Shown here: positions 29,369 to 38,903 of the stretch, piece after piece | Layout: each line of letters starts with the position of its first letter | Numbering within the stretch: position 1 is the stretch's first letter | Program-made: the position numbers and the translations under genes | From: Amoebidium appalachense | Lineage: Eukaryota > Protista > Ichthyosporea | Direction: 5' to 3' | Assembly (NCBI GenBank): GCA_963693365.1 | Contig: CAVNZM010000011.1 | Coordinates: 3,453,098-3,517,097, forward strand | Length of the DNA: 64,000 bases | The notes under the pieces: generated by a model | Told to the model about the DNA's origin: nothing | Seen by the model: only the letters and a program-made list of their open reading frames with translations | The model's database searches: none

Positions 29369-30346
29369 ATGCATATTATGGAAATGCATGGCGCAGACCT
29401 CGCATACACAAAAGTTGTTCAAAAGTACTCGCGTGCGGATGGTCAGAGGGACTTTGCGGGTCTTGTGCGCTGGACCCCACCACCCCTCCGAAAAGGATCA
29501 CCAACTACGCAAAGCAGAGTCGGCCTGAAGGCGGCAGACGTCTACCTCGCCAAACACCGCTTCAGGGCTTCTCGTTACCACAAGGGGGGTACACCCCGTC
29601 CCAGTGTCTATGACTGTTTGCGCACCAGGGAGGGTAGAGCAAGCCTGCTCAAGGCACAGGCCAGAAATCCAGGCCGTCACATCCAAAATGCAGCCTCCAT
29701 AAACTTTGGCGTGCCTGGTCAGTTCAAGCCTGCTGTTGTCAAGCAGCTCTACTCCACCTACTGTCTCAAGGGACGCGTCCTCGACCCATGCATGGGGTGG
29801 GGCAACCGTCTGCTGGCAGCCCTGGCCAGCCCACACGTCACACACTACTACGGTGTCGACAGCAACGTCGACATGGCAGGTGCCTACCGGGATCTGCTGG
29901 CAGCATACAACACCGCAGGCAAGCGCGGGGCACAAGCGCTCCACGTGGATACAAAGTGGGCCCCGTTCGAGGCCGCGGCCGTGCACGGCAAGTTCGACTG
30001 CGCCTTCACGAGTCCACCATACTACAAAATAGAGTGCTACGCAAACATGCCAGCCTACTGCGACTACGAAGACTGGTGGGCCAGGTTCTACATCCCCATG
30101 CTTGAAAAGGTCGTGGCGCACATGGACGCGGATGGCTTTGTCCTCATCAACATACGCCAGAGCATCACCGAAAGGAGGATGTGCAGGCACATGGCAGGCC
30201 TGGGCTGGCCCCTGTACACCAAACACCGCATGCCCATAGCCGTCCGGCCCGGCTCAGGGGTTGCTGGTAGGCTGGACTACGAGCCCATCTACGTGTTCAG
30301 GAGAAAGGGTGCCGTGTCAACTCCAGGCCGCCACACGACCAAATAA
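29369..30346 (+). CDS. Amino (N4-cytosine/N6-adenine) DNA methyltransferase
   Basis: Motif I VLDPCMGWGNRL, YYGVDSN, catalytic FTSPPYY..E.Y. Confidence 0.9.
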   Translation: MHIMEMHGADLAYTKVVQKYSRADGQRDFAGLVRWTPPPLRKGSPTTQSRVGLKAADVYLAKHRFRASRYHKGGTPRPSVYDCLRTREGRASLLKAQARNPGRHIQNAASINFGVPGQFKPAVVKQLYSTYCLKGRVLDPCMGWGNRLLAALASPHVTHYYGVDSNVDMAGAYRDLLAAYNTAGKRGAQALHVDTKWAPFEAAAVHGKFDCAFTSPPYYKIECYANMPAYCDYEDWWARFYIPMLEKVVAHMDADGFVLINIRQSITERRMCRHMAGLGWPLYTKHRMPIAVRPGSGVAGRLDYEPIYVFRRKGAVSTPGRHTTK

Positions 30347-30546
30347 AGTCGTGATCTCAAGAGAATAGCCGCCCTGCGAGGCGCTGGCGCGGCTGGCGGG
30401 TACCTTGTGTGGTGTGTGCGTGTGCCCGTGTGCCTCGCCTGCCTCGCGCCGGGTGTGTTCGTGCTTCCTTTATTGTTCCTCGTGTGCCCCCCACAGCCCC
30501 CGACAGCCACCCCCAGCCACCCGCGCCCCGGGGAGGTGTCACGCCA

Positions 30547-30960
30547 TCAACGCCCGGACTTCCGAGCCTCTGGCGCAGCGGCGGGTGCCGTGTGCACGGG
30601 TGGGGGGGCACTGTGGGGCCCAACCGGAAACAGCCCGTACAGGATGTCCTCCTCGCACGTCACCATGATCTCGTGCTTGTCCATGATCCTCATGGCGTGC
30701 GCGATGGTTTCGGCGGGCACGGGCGGGCCGTGGTTGAACAGGTGCACGCGCATCTCCTTGTCGGGGTGGAAGTGGTGGTTCGCCAGCACGTTCGCCATGG
30801 CGGTCTTCCAGTCGGCCAGCTGCTCGACCTGGACGATCTGGTGGTCCGTCAGCACGTCGATGCGCCCGACCTTGGTGAGCGTGTCCTCGACGCCTTCCAG
30901 CCGGTCGGCCAGCTCGTATACGACCATGTTCCGTGCAAACTCAAGCTCGGTGTCCGTCAT
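30547..30960 (-). CDS. Degenerate PD-(D/E)xK-like nuclease-fold protein
   Basis: GRIDVLTDHQIVQVEQLADWKTAMANVL...HP...RVHLF resembles the GRID.LT..IIEVK...WK.A.GQ family, with EVK replaced by QVE. Confidence 0.55.
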   Translation of the reverse strand: MTDTELEFARNMVVYELADRLEGVEDTLTKVGRIDVLTDHQIVQVEQLADWKTAMANVLANHHFHPDKEMRVHLFNHGPPVPAETIAHAMRIMDKHEIMVTCEEDILYGLFPVGPHSAPPPVHTAPAAAPEARKSGR

Positions 30961-31592
30961 CACATACCGCACACATAAAATTCGCGTGCCGCCCCAACCG
31001 GGTTACCCATTGACAATCACACATCGCACTTTCGACCTTGTGTGTGCGCCCGACAATGTTGCGGCGCGTGGGGGGCGGGGGTGGCTGGGCGGGGCTGGGG
31101 GTGGCTGGGGGCGCGGGTGCCTCGCGTGCCTCGCGTGCCTCGCATGCCTCGCGCGCGGGGTGGGTGTGTGGTTCCTTTATTGGTCCTTGTGTGCCCCCCA
31201 CAGACACCCCCAGCCATCCAGGAGGGGGGGGAGGAGGCATGCGATAACATCAATGCCTGGATTTCTGATTTCCAAGATTCTAAGCCGTTATACTGTTTTC
31301 GACCACCACGGTGTAGAGTCTGTAACCGTGTAGAGGGAAGTTTCAACTCCGTCCCAAAATGGAAAATCTCCATAGCAACACCACCCAGCAACCAATCAGA
31401 GCCTTCCAAACCTCCCCTCCCAGCCAATTTATTTCTCTATACACACCCTCTACAAATAAGAAAAGTATGTTACAAAAGTTACAATGGTTGATTTTGGAAA
31501 ATTGCTGTGTTTTGATTGGTTGGTTTCTCCCTCTACGTAACGTTACGGTAACGTTACCCCTCTACAGAGCATGTTACGTAGAACAAATACAG

Positions 31593-33086
31593 TCACACAC
31601 CCACGAGTGTTCGGTCAAGGGTGTAGCAGCGAGTTATCCCCGAAGCAGATTTGCAGTCCTCAGCACCATAGGCGATCGCATTCACCCTCGTACTCTTGAC
31701 CTCCCCCAAAATGGCAGTGACGGCCATCCCAAAGTCTCGTTGTGTGGGTCTTCTGGACTTGTCGGTTGTGTTTCTCTCCCACCACAACTGGAAAAGATGA
31801 AAAAGCGTTGTTGATGTAACACGCGCTCCGTCCTCAAACATCTGCATATCTTCAAACCCGTTCTCACGTTTCAATAGATCTCGCAGAAACTGCAACTCCA
31901 GTGGCCCACTCATATCCTGAAGCTTCCGCTTCAAGGCGGTCATTGGCGGAAGCACCCGGTTTGGGTCTCTGATGTGGATCCTCATAAGCCAGTGGTACAG
32001 GGTTTTCAGTACAGACACACTACTAAAGCAATGGACGAGGTTACGAAAGTATACCTCATCACCGACACGCCTGTCAGATACCTCCATGCATGCATAGCGT
32101 CTGTCTGTCCGGCTTACAGGGATTGGATGCTGTTCATTGGACATCAGGATCCAGCGCTCACACGACCTGACCTTGACTGCATCGATGCCCTTGGACTCGT
32201 AGGTCATGGTGTCGTCGGTAATGAGGGTCTTCAAATGGTTGGGGGTACGATGGCTCTTTCCATAGGTTACCTCGTTGCACACTACGAGCAACTTGAACGT
32301 GATTCCGACATTGAAGCGAGAAGAAAGGCGATCCTCGGTCTCCACAACACCGACCAGCTCTTCACCCAGCAGATTCGTGATGATTTTCACAAACACGTTC
32401 TTGCCGGTACCCTCAATGCTACGCATCAGCCATGCAGACTCTGGCTTTTGGGCTGGGTATTGAAACATGTGCCCCAGCCACTCGATGACATAATGGAACA
32501 GGATTTCGTCCCCTGCACAAATGACATCCCTTGCATGCTCAAGGAAAGGCTGGAGCACAGACTCATCCACAACAAATCCCGGCTCGTATACAAACCGGAA
32601 TCCCGGAAAGCTGTTGAAGGCGCGGTTGTGGCAGTCAGTGTACATGGGGTTGCGCTGACCCGTTTTGGGGTCGGGGTCGCTAGGGTCAAACACGATACCC
32701 CTGTAGTACACCAGTATTCCACGCATGTCGGTAACATAATTGGCTCCCTTGTATTCGGGCTTCTTTCCAACGCCATCCCCTGGCAGTGTGAAGGAGTATT
32801 TTGACAACATGTCCACAACCTTCTCCTTTGGCTTGATCTGATGGATGAATCGGCCATCCTCGAAGTGCTTGACGATGTACACCTGGTCTTTGTTTGAGTA
32901 TGCGACCAGTGTGCGCAGGAACGTGTAAACTTGGTCCATACTTTCCCATTTGTAGTCTGCAACCTCATGCGGAGGCAACCAGTTGTTGTAGTTCCCTGTG
33001 AGCCGCTCGAAATCGTCAAATGCCACACGGAGCCTTTCCCTCTTCTCGTTACGGTCAATGTCCATCTTTGAGCGGATTGCATCCAT
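31593..33086 (-). CDS. SF3/D5-like helicase (DUF5906/NrS-1 type), no recognisable primase domain
   Basis: Walker A IEGTGKN, Walker B VVCNE, LKTLIT, motif C ILMSN, Arg finger DRRY. Confidence 0.88.
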   Translation of the reverse strand: MDAIRSKMDIDRNEKRERLRVAFDDFERLTGNYNNWLPPHEVADYKWESMDQVYTFLRTLVAYSNKDQVYIVKHFEDGRFIHQIKPKEKVVDMLSKYSFTLPGDGVGKKPEYKGANYVTDMRGILVYYRGIVFDPSDPDPKTGQRNPMYTDCHNRAFNSFPGFRFVYEPGFVVDESVLQPFLEHARDVICAGDEILFHYVIEWLGHMFQYPAQKPESAWLMRSIEGTGKNVFVKIITNLLGEELVGVVETEDRLSSRFNVGITFKLLVVCNEVTYGKSHRTPNHLKTLITDDTMTYESKGIDAVKVRSCERWILMSNEQHPIPVSRTDRRYACMEVSDRRVGDEVYFRNLVHCFSSVSVLKTLYHWLMRIHIRDPNRVLPPMTALKRKLQDMSGPLELQFLRDLLKRENGFEDMQMFEDGARVTSTTLFHLFQLWWERNTTDKSRRPTQRDFGMAVTAILGEVKSTRVNAIAYGAEDCKSASGITRCYTLDRTLVGV

Positions 33087-33143
33087 TGTGCTTGGTAGTA
33101 GGGATAGATAATATTTGATGGGTCTGAGACGTGCATCATGCTT

Positions 33144-33599
33144 TTATACTTTCGGACCGAGCTCCAGGTTGTGATGTTCAGTCTCGACATGCCTGTTCAG
33201 GGTTGTAGACCAAGCAAATGCTGCCCGGCACTGGTCGACGGGGCATGTAAAACGCCCACTTGCACGCCGGTGCCGCCTTGACAGCCGACAGCCCTCATGG
33301 ACTGTTCGCCGGTGAGCCCACAAACCGGAAGGATACACATAAGTGGCGGGACAGACCGGACATTGATAGGGTCGGCCACCGGAGTGTGTGCGGTGATGTA
33401 GTTTCATGTGGTCGCTGCGGGCAAATGTGGCAAAACAGCCGGGTTGGGGGCAGGTAAAGGCACCCGTGCACTCAATCTTGTGGCTGTTTTGGTGCCGTTT
33501 AAGATTTGCCTTCAACGTAAACATTGCTGGACACAGTGTGCAAGCGTAGCGCCTCGGTTCAGAGGGGGTTTCTATGGCTGGTGTGCATGGGTGATCCAT
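33144..33599 (-). CDS. C2H2 zinc-finger protein (4 fingers), intronless
   Basis: CTLC..HQNSH, CPQPGC..HHRTH-SGGRPY, CPVC..HRRTVH, CPVDQC..HVETEH. Confidence 0.9.
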   Translation of the reverse strand: MDHPCTPAIETPSEPRRYACTLCPAMFTLKANLKRHQNSHKIECTGAFTCPQPGCFATFARSDHMKLHHRTHSGGRPYQCPVCPATYVYPSGLWAHRRTVHEGCRLSRRHRRASGRFTCPVDQCRAAFAWSTTLNRHVETEHHNLELGPKV

Positions 33600-33809
33600 T
33601 GCTGCTAAGTGGCAAGAAAAGAAACACGATAACGGTTTTATAACCCCTGACTTTGGAATCACTTTGAAGTGATTCACAAGTATTTTCAAAACATTTCAAA
33701 GTGATTTAAAGTATTAAGAGTGAGTCAGGTACTAGTAGATCGCATTCTGGCTGTTTTTTTTTCTGCGCACTATACAGGATGTCTCAGCGGTAGTGAATTA
33801 CGCGAAGTA

Positions 33810-34345
33810 GTGAATATTCAACGAAGCTAGCGCAGAGTTCACGTTGGCCAATAAACGGTCAAACCAGCGCAGAGTTGGCCAATAAACGGTCAACCAAACA
33901 CGAACCCTCGGTCAATATCCGGTCAACCCGAACTCGTGTTTGGCGCAAATCTAGTGAACCCAAAACGAACATCGCGCGAACCCCTGCCAATATCCGGTCA
34001 ACCCGAACTCGTGTTTGGCGCAAATCTAGTGAACCCAAAACGAACATCGCGCGAACCCCTGCCAATATCCGGTCAACCAACACGAACCCTCAGTCAATAT
34101 CGTTCGATCCACGGAGCATCCATTTCAATATTGGTCGAATCACGGAGACCACCTTTGAATAATGCTTGAATCGTATTCACCCGCTATTCAATCTGATTGG
34201 TCGAAACATTAAATCTGATTGTACGAAACCGGTTCAATCTGATTGGTCGAAACATTAAATCTGATTGCACGAAACCGGTTCAATCTGATTGGTCGAAACA
34301 TTAAATCTGATTGCACGAAACCGGTGTAATCTGATTGGTCGAAAC
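33810..34345. repeat. Viral non-coding repeats: 75-bp x2 and 46-bp TGATTGG(CCAAT)-rich x3
   Basis: Direct tandem copies visible at ~33913-34075 and ~34190-34345. Confidence 0.85.
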
Positions 34346-34362
34346 CGTTTATTGACAGGAGT

Positions 34363-34449
34363 CCCAATTGTTGGGGATGACCGGCTGGCTACCACCCCAG
34401 CACGTGCTTCTCCAGGAAGCGCACGAGGTACACCTTGACCGGGTGCAGG
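34363..34449 (-). pseudogene. Truncated 3' end of a third Bro-like gene at the virus/host junction
   Basis: Near-identical to 15688-15767 (PVKVY.VRFLEKHVLG), then similarity stops. Confidence 0.8.
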
Positions 34450-34829
34450 CAAAGACGTAAAAGATGAAAAATAAATAGAGAAGCCACGGGCAAGAGGGTG
34501 GGAAGCCCCCCTCCCCAAAAAACAAAACAAAGAGCGCACGGTCATAGCGCTCATGACACATCTCTCCAAGAACACCTGTGCAAGCGCACGGTGATTGCGC
34601 TCATGACCCTACACTCAAACAACACAGGTGCAAGCATACGCATTGCCCCAACCCCCCCACCCCCCCCCCCCACCCCCCCCCCACCCCCCCAACCCCACAC
34701 ACACACACACAAAGCGCCCGGTGATAGCGCTCATGACACATCTCTCCAAGAACACATGTGCAAGCGCACGGTGATTGCGCTCATGACCCTACACTCAAAC
34801 AACACAGGTGCAAGCACACGCATTGCCCC

Positions 34830-34913
<84 letters not shown>

Positions 34914-35033
34914 AAAGCGCCCGGTGATAGCGCTCATGACACATCTCTCCAAGAACACATGTGCAAGCGCACGGTGATTGCACTCATGACCCTACACTCA
35001 AACAACACAGGTGCAAGCACACGCATATGCCCC

Positions 35034-35103
<70 letters not shown>

Positions 35104-35265
35104 ACACACACACACAAAGCGCCCGGTGATAGCGCTCATGACACATCTCTCCAAGAACACATGTGCAAGCGCACGGTGATTGCGCTCATGACCCTACACT
35201 CAAACAACACAGGTGCAAGCACACGCATTGCCCCCTCCCCCCCCCCCCCCACCCCCCCCCCCCCC

Positions 35266-36436
35266 TGTTGGAGTGCAGACTTACGCTCACTCCACTATAT
35301 GTGTATGTTAGCTTTACAATTGGTTCCGTGTACATAGACACATGCTGACACTCGATCACCACATGCACATCTGCATAGTTGAGGAATGTTGCCAATTGTG
35401 TTTTGACTGCAAACGATTGGTTCACTGGTCCCAGAGATCTCTAAATGAAAGTAACCAATCCGATTAGCGCCTGGCATCCGGATTACATTCCAGACTGCTG
35501 CCCCACGGGTATATAAACCACGGCTCTGCCAGGTGCAGAAATGGAGTTCAGTCATGGAGTAAAGACATGGAGTTCAGTCATGGAGTTCAGTCATGGAGTT
35601 CAGTCATGGAGTTCAGTCATGGAGTTCAGTCATGGAGTTAACACACTGAAAGCAGTAAAAAACGGGTCAGCGCCCAAGCGCGCCACGACGACCCTAGTCA
35701 CAGCGGACTCTACTTCCAACAGGGTTATGGGCCCAGACACGACACCGCGGCCTCTAACTTCACGTCCCCGACGACGCCTTGAACGGAGGAGCCCAGAAAC
35801 CGACTTCTAGGCTGTACCCTACACCCGCGAGCGTATTTCCGTGAAGTAGAGACTTTCGCTTCCACAAACTCCATCCGCAGCAGCCTGCGACATCAACGTC
35901 AAGTATTCCACTTCATTGGCGGGGCACGCACCACAGTGGAATGCACACCCCGGTCTACCCTGCAAGCAGCCACACTCACTCTCTCTTCTCTAGTGGTGTG
36001 TACACTTCTCCAATTGGGTAGGGGTGTTGGAGTGCAGACTTACGCTCACTCCACTATATGTGTATGTTAGCTTTACAATTGGTTCCGTGTACATAGACAC
36101 ATGCTGACACTCGATCACCACATGCACATCTGCATAGTTGAGGAATGTTGCCAATTGTGTTTTGACTGCAAACGATTGGTTCACTGGTCCCAGAGATCTC
36201 TAAATGAAAGTAACCAATCCGATTAGCGCCTGGCATCCGGATTACATTCCAGACTGCTGCCCCACGGGTATATAAACCACGGCTCTGCCAGGTGCAGAAA
36301 TGGAGTTCAGTCATGGAGTTCAGTCATGGAGTAAAGACATGGAGTTCAGTCATGGAGTTAACACACTGAAAGCAGTAAAAAAACGGGTCAGCGCCCAAGC
36401 GCGCCACGACGAGGGCCTAGTCACAGCGGACTCTAC
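35266..36436 (+). mobile_element. TRIM (non-autonomous LTR element): LTR 35266-35721, internal 35722-36024, 3' LTR 36025-~36436 (end truncated)
   Basis: TGTTGG...CCAACA ends, PBS GGGTTATGGGCCCAG, PPT CCAATTGGGTAGGGG, 13-bp CATGGAGTTCAGT array, no coding capacity. Confidence 0.92.
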
Positions 36437-37588
36437 TAGGCCCTCGTCGTGGCGCGCTGGGCGCTGACCCGTTTTTTACTGCTTTCAGTGTGTTAACTCC
36501 ATGACTGAACTCCATGTCTTTACTCCATGACTGAACTCCATGACTGAACTCCATGACTGAACTCCATGTCTGCACCTGGCAGAGACGTGGCTTATATACC
36601 CGTGGGGCAGCAGTCTGGAATGTAATCCGGATGCCAGGCGCTAATCGGATTGGTTACTTTCATTTAGATATCTCTGGGACCAGTGAACCAATCGTTTGCA
36701 GTCAAAACACAATTGGCAACATTCCTCAACTATGCAGATGTGCATGTGGTGATCGAGTGTCAGCATGTGTCTATGTACACGGAACCAATTGTAAAGCTAA
36801 CATACACATATAGTGGAGTGAGCGTAAGTCTGCACTCCAACACCCCTACCCAATTGGAGAAGTGTACACACCACTAGAGAAGAGAGAGTGAGTGTGGCTG
36901 CTTGCAGGGTAGACCGGGGTGTGCATTCCACTGTGGTGCGTGCCCCGCCAATGAAGTGGAATACTTGACGTTGATGTCGCAGGCTGCTGCGGATGGAGTT
37001 TGTGGAAGCGAAAGTCTCTACTTCACGGAAATACGCTCGCGGGTGTAGGGTACAGCCTAGAAGTCGGTTTCTGGGCCCCTCCGTTCAAGGCGTCGTAGGG
37101 GACGTGAAGTTAGAGGCCGCGGTGTCGTGTCTGGGCCCATAACCCTGTTGGAAGTAGAGTCCGCTGTGACTAGGGTCGTCGTGGCGCGCTTGGGCGCTGA
37201 CCCGTTTTTTACTGCTTTCAGTGTGTTAACTCCATGACTGAACTCCATGTCTTTACTCCATGACTGAACTCCATGACTGAACTCCATGTCTTTACTCCAT
37301 GACTGAACTCCATGTCTGCACCTGGCAGAGACGTGGCTTATATACCCGTGGGGCAGCAGTCTGGAATGTAATCCGGATGCCAGGCGCTAATCGGATTGGT
37401 TACTTTCATTTAGATATCTCTGGGACCAGTGAACCAATCGTTTGCAGTCAAAACACAATTGGCAACATTCCTCAACTATGCAGATGTGCATGTGGTGATC
37501 GAGTGTCAGCATGTGTCTATGTACACGGAACCAATTGTAAAGCTAACATACACATATAGTGGAGTGAGCGTAAGTCTGCACTCCAACA
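36437..37588 (-). mobile_element. Second TRIM, inverted: 5' LTR 37588-37146, internal 37145-36843, 3' LTR 36842-~36437
   Basis: Reverse complement of the first copy with several diagnostic substitutions. Confidence 0.92.
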
Positions 37589-37810
37589 CCCCCCCCCCCC
37601 CCCCCCCCTCCCCCCCCCCCCCCCCCCCCCCCACCCCCCCCCACACACACACACACAAAGCGCCCGGTGATAGCGCTCATGACACATCTCTCCAAGAACA
37701 CATGTGCAAGCGCACGGTGATTGCGCTCATTAACCTACTCTCAAACAACACAGGTGCAAGCACACGCATTGCCCCTCCCCCCCCCCCCCCCCCCCCCCTC
37801 CCCCCCCCCC

Positions 37811-37860
<50 letters not shown>

Positions 37861-38134
37861 AAAGCGCCCGGTGATAGCGCTCATGACACATCTCTCCAAG
37901 AACACATGTGCAAGCGCACGGTGATTGCGCTCATTAACCTACTCTCAAACAACACAGGTGCAAGCACACGGTGATAGCGCTCAAGCGCACTGTGATAGCG
38001 CTCATGACCCTACTCTCAAACAATACATGTGCAAGCGCACCGTGATAGCTCTCATGCCCCTACTCTCAAACAACACATGTGCAAGCCCACGGTGATAGCG
38101 CTCATGACCCTACTCTCAAACAACACATGTGCAC

Positions 38135-38800
38135 ACACAAAGGCATTCGGGAACACACATGCACACTTTGCATCCCCCCTCCCCCCCCCCCCCCCCACAA
38201 TCCCCCTCCCCCCCACACACACAAAGGCATTCGGGAATACACATGCACACTTTGCATCCCCCCCTCCCCCCCCCCCCCCCCAACAATCCCCCTCCCCCCA
38301 CACACACACAAAGGCATTCGGGAACACACATGCACACGTTGCATCCCCCCTCCCCCCCCCCCCCCCTCCCACAATCCCCCTCCCCCCACACACACACAAA
38401 GGCATTCGGGAACACACATGCACACGTTGCATCCCCCCTCCCCCCCCCCCCCCCCCCCCCCCCCCCCACAATCCCCCTCCCCCCACACACACACAAAGGC
38501 ATTCGGGAACACACATGCACACATTGCATCCCCCCTCCCCCCCCCCCCCCCACCAATCCCCCTCCCCACACACACACACAAAGGCATTCGGGAACACACA
38601 TGCACACGTTGCATCCCCCCTCCCCCCCCCCCCCCCACCCAATCCCCCCTCCCCCCACACACACACAAAGGCATTCGGGAACACACATGCACACGTTGCA
38701 TCCCCCCTCCCCCCCCCCCCCCCACCCAATCCCCCTCCCCCCACACACACACAAAGGCATTCGGGAACACACATGCACACTTTGCATCCCCCTCCACCCC
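38135..38800. repeat. ~90-bp minisatellite x8 with poly-C
   Basis: CACAAAGGCATTCGGGAACACACATGCACAC units. Confidence 0.9.
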
Positions 38801-38903
38801 CTTCGTGAGAATGCACTGAGTGTCACAGTATTTATAATAAGTTGAATTTTATTGATTGTGAAAAAGCACGAAGTCGCCTACCCTAGTAATATGGTGATAC
38901 CGA

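Larger units (their letters stand above)
29095..31235. repeat. Three dispersed copies of a GC-rich intergenic element (29095-29330, 30390-30540, 31070-31235)
   Basis: GTGCCTCGC iterons followed by TTCCT.TATTG.TCCT.GTGTGCCCCCCACAG..CCCAGCCA in each copy. Confidence 0.8.
1..34450. mobile_element. Giant endogenous viral element (Nucleocytoviricota-like); left end outside window
   Basis: About 40 tightly packed intronless ORFs including NCLDV marker-type genes (VLTF3, A22/RuvC, A16/G9, D5-like helicase, NUDIX, SWIB, Bro-like). Abrupt switch to minisatellite/poly-C host-like DNA at ~34450. Confidence 0.9.
34530..38130. repeat. Minisatellite (~50-bp GATAGCGCTCATGAC units with poly-C spacers), interrupted by TRIM dimer
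   Basis: Repeated units on both sides of 35266-37588 in the same orientation; inverted copies at 41110-41280. Confidence 0.9.

Noticed and set aside
34190-34345. CRISPR-like periodic repeats (also 42690-43218 and 56148-56415)
   Set aside because: Pure tandem units with no unique spacers, no cas genes, eukaryotic context.
1-34450. Prophage, plasmid or Polinton interpretation
   Set aside because: VLTF3, A22, A16/G9 and eukaryotic TATA/polyA signals point to NCLDV; no pPolB or rve integrase seen in this part.
35722-35741. tRNA gene
   Set aside because: Only a short PBS complementary to tRNAiMet; no cloverleaf.
35266-37588. Palindrome as a fold-back read artefact
   Set aside because: Arms differ by consistent substitutions and flanks are not inverted; read-level confirmation is still needed.
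34498-38845. Pro/Gly/His-rich ORFs
   Set aside because: Translations of poly-C/CA minisatellites and TRIM LTRs.
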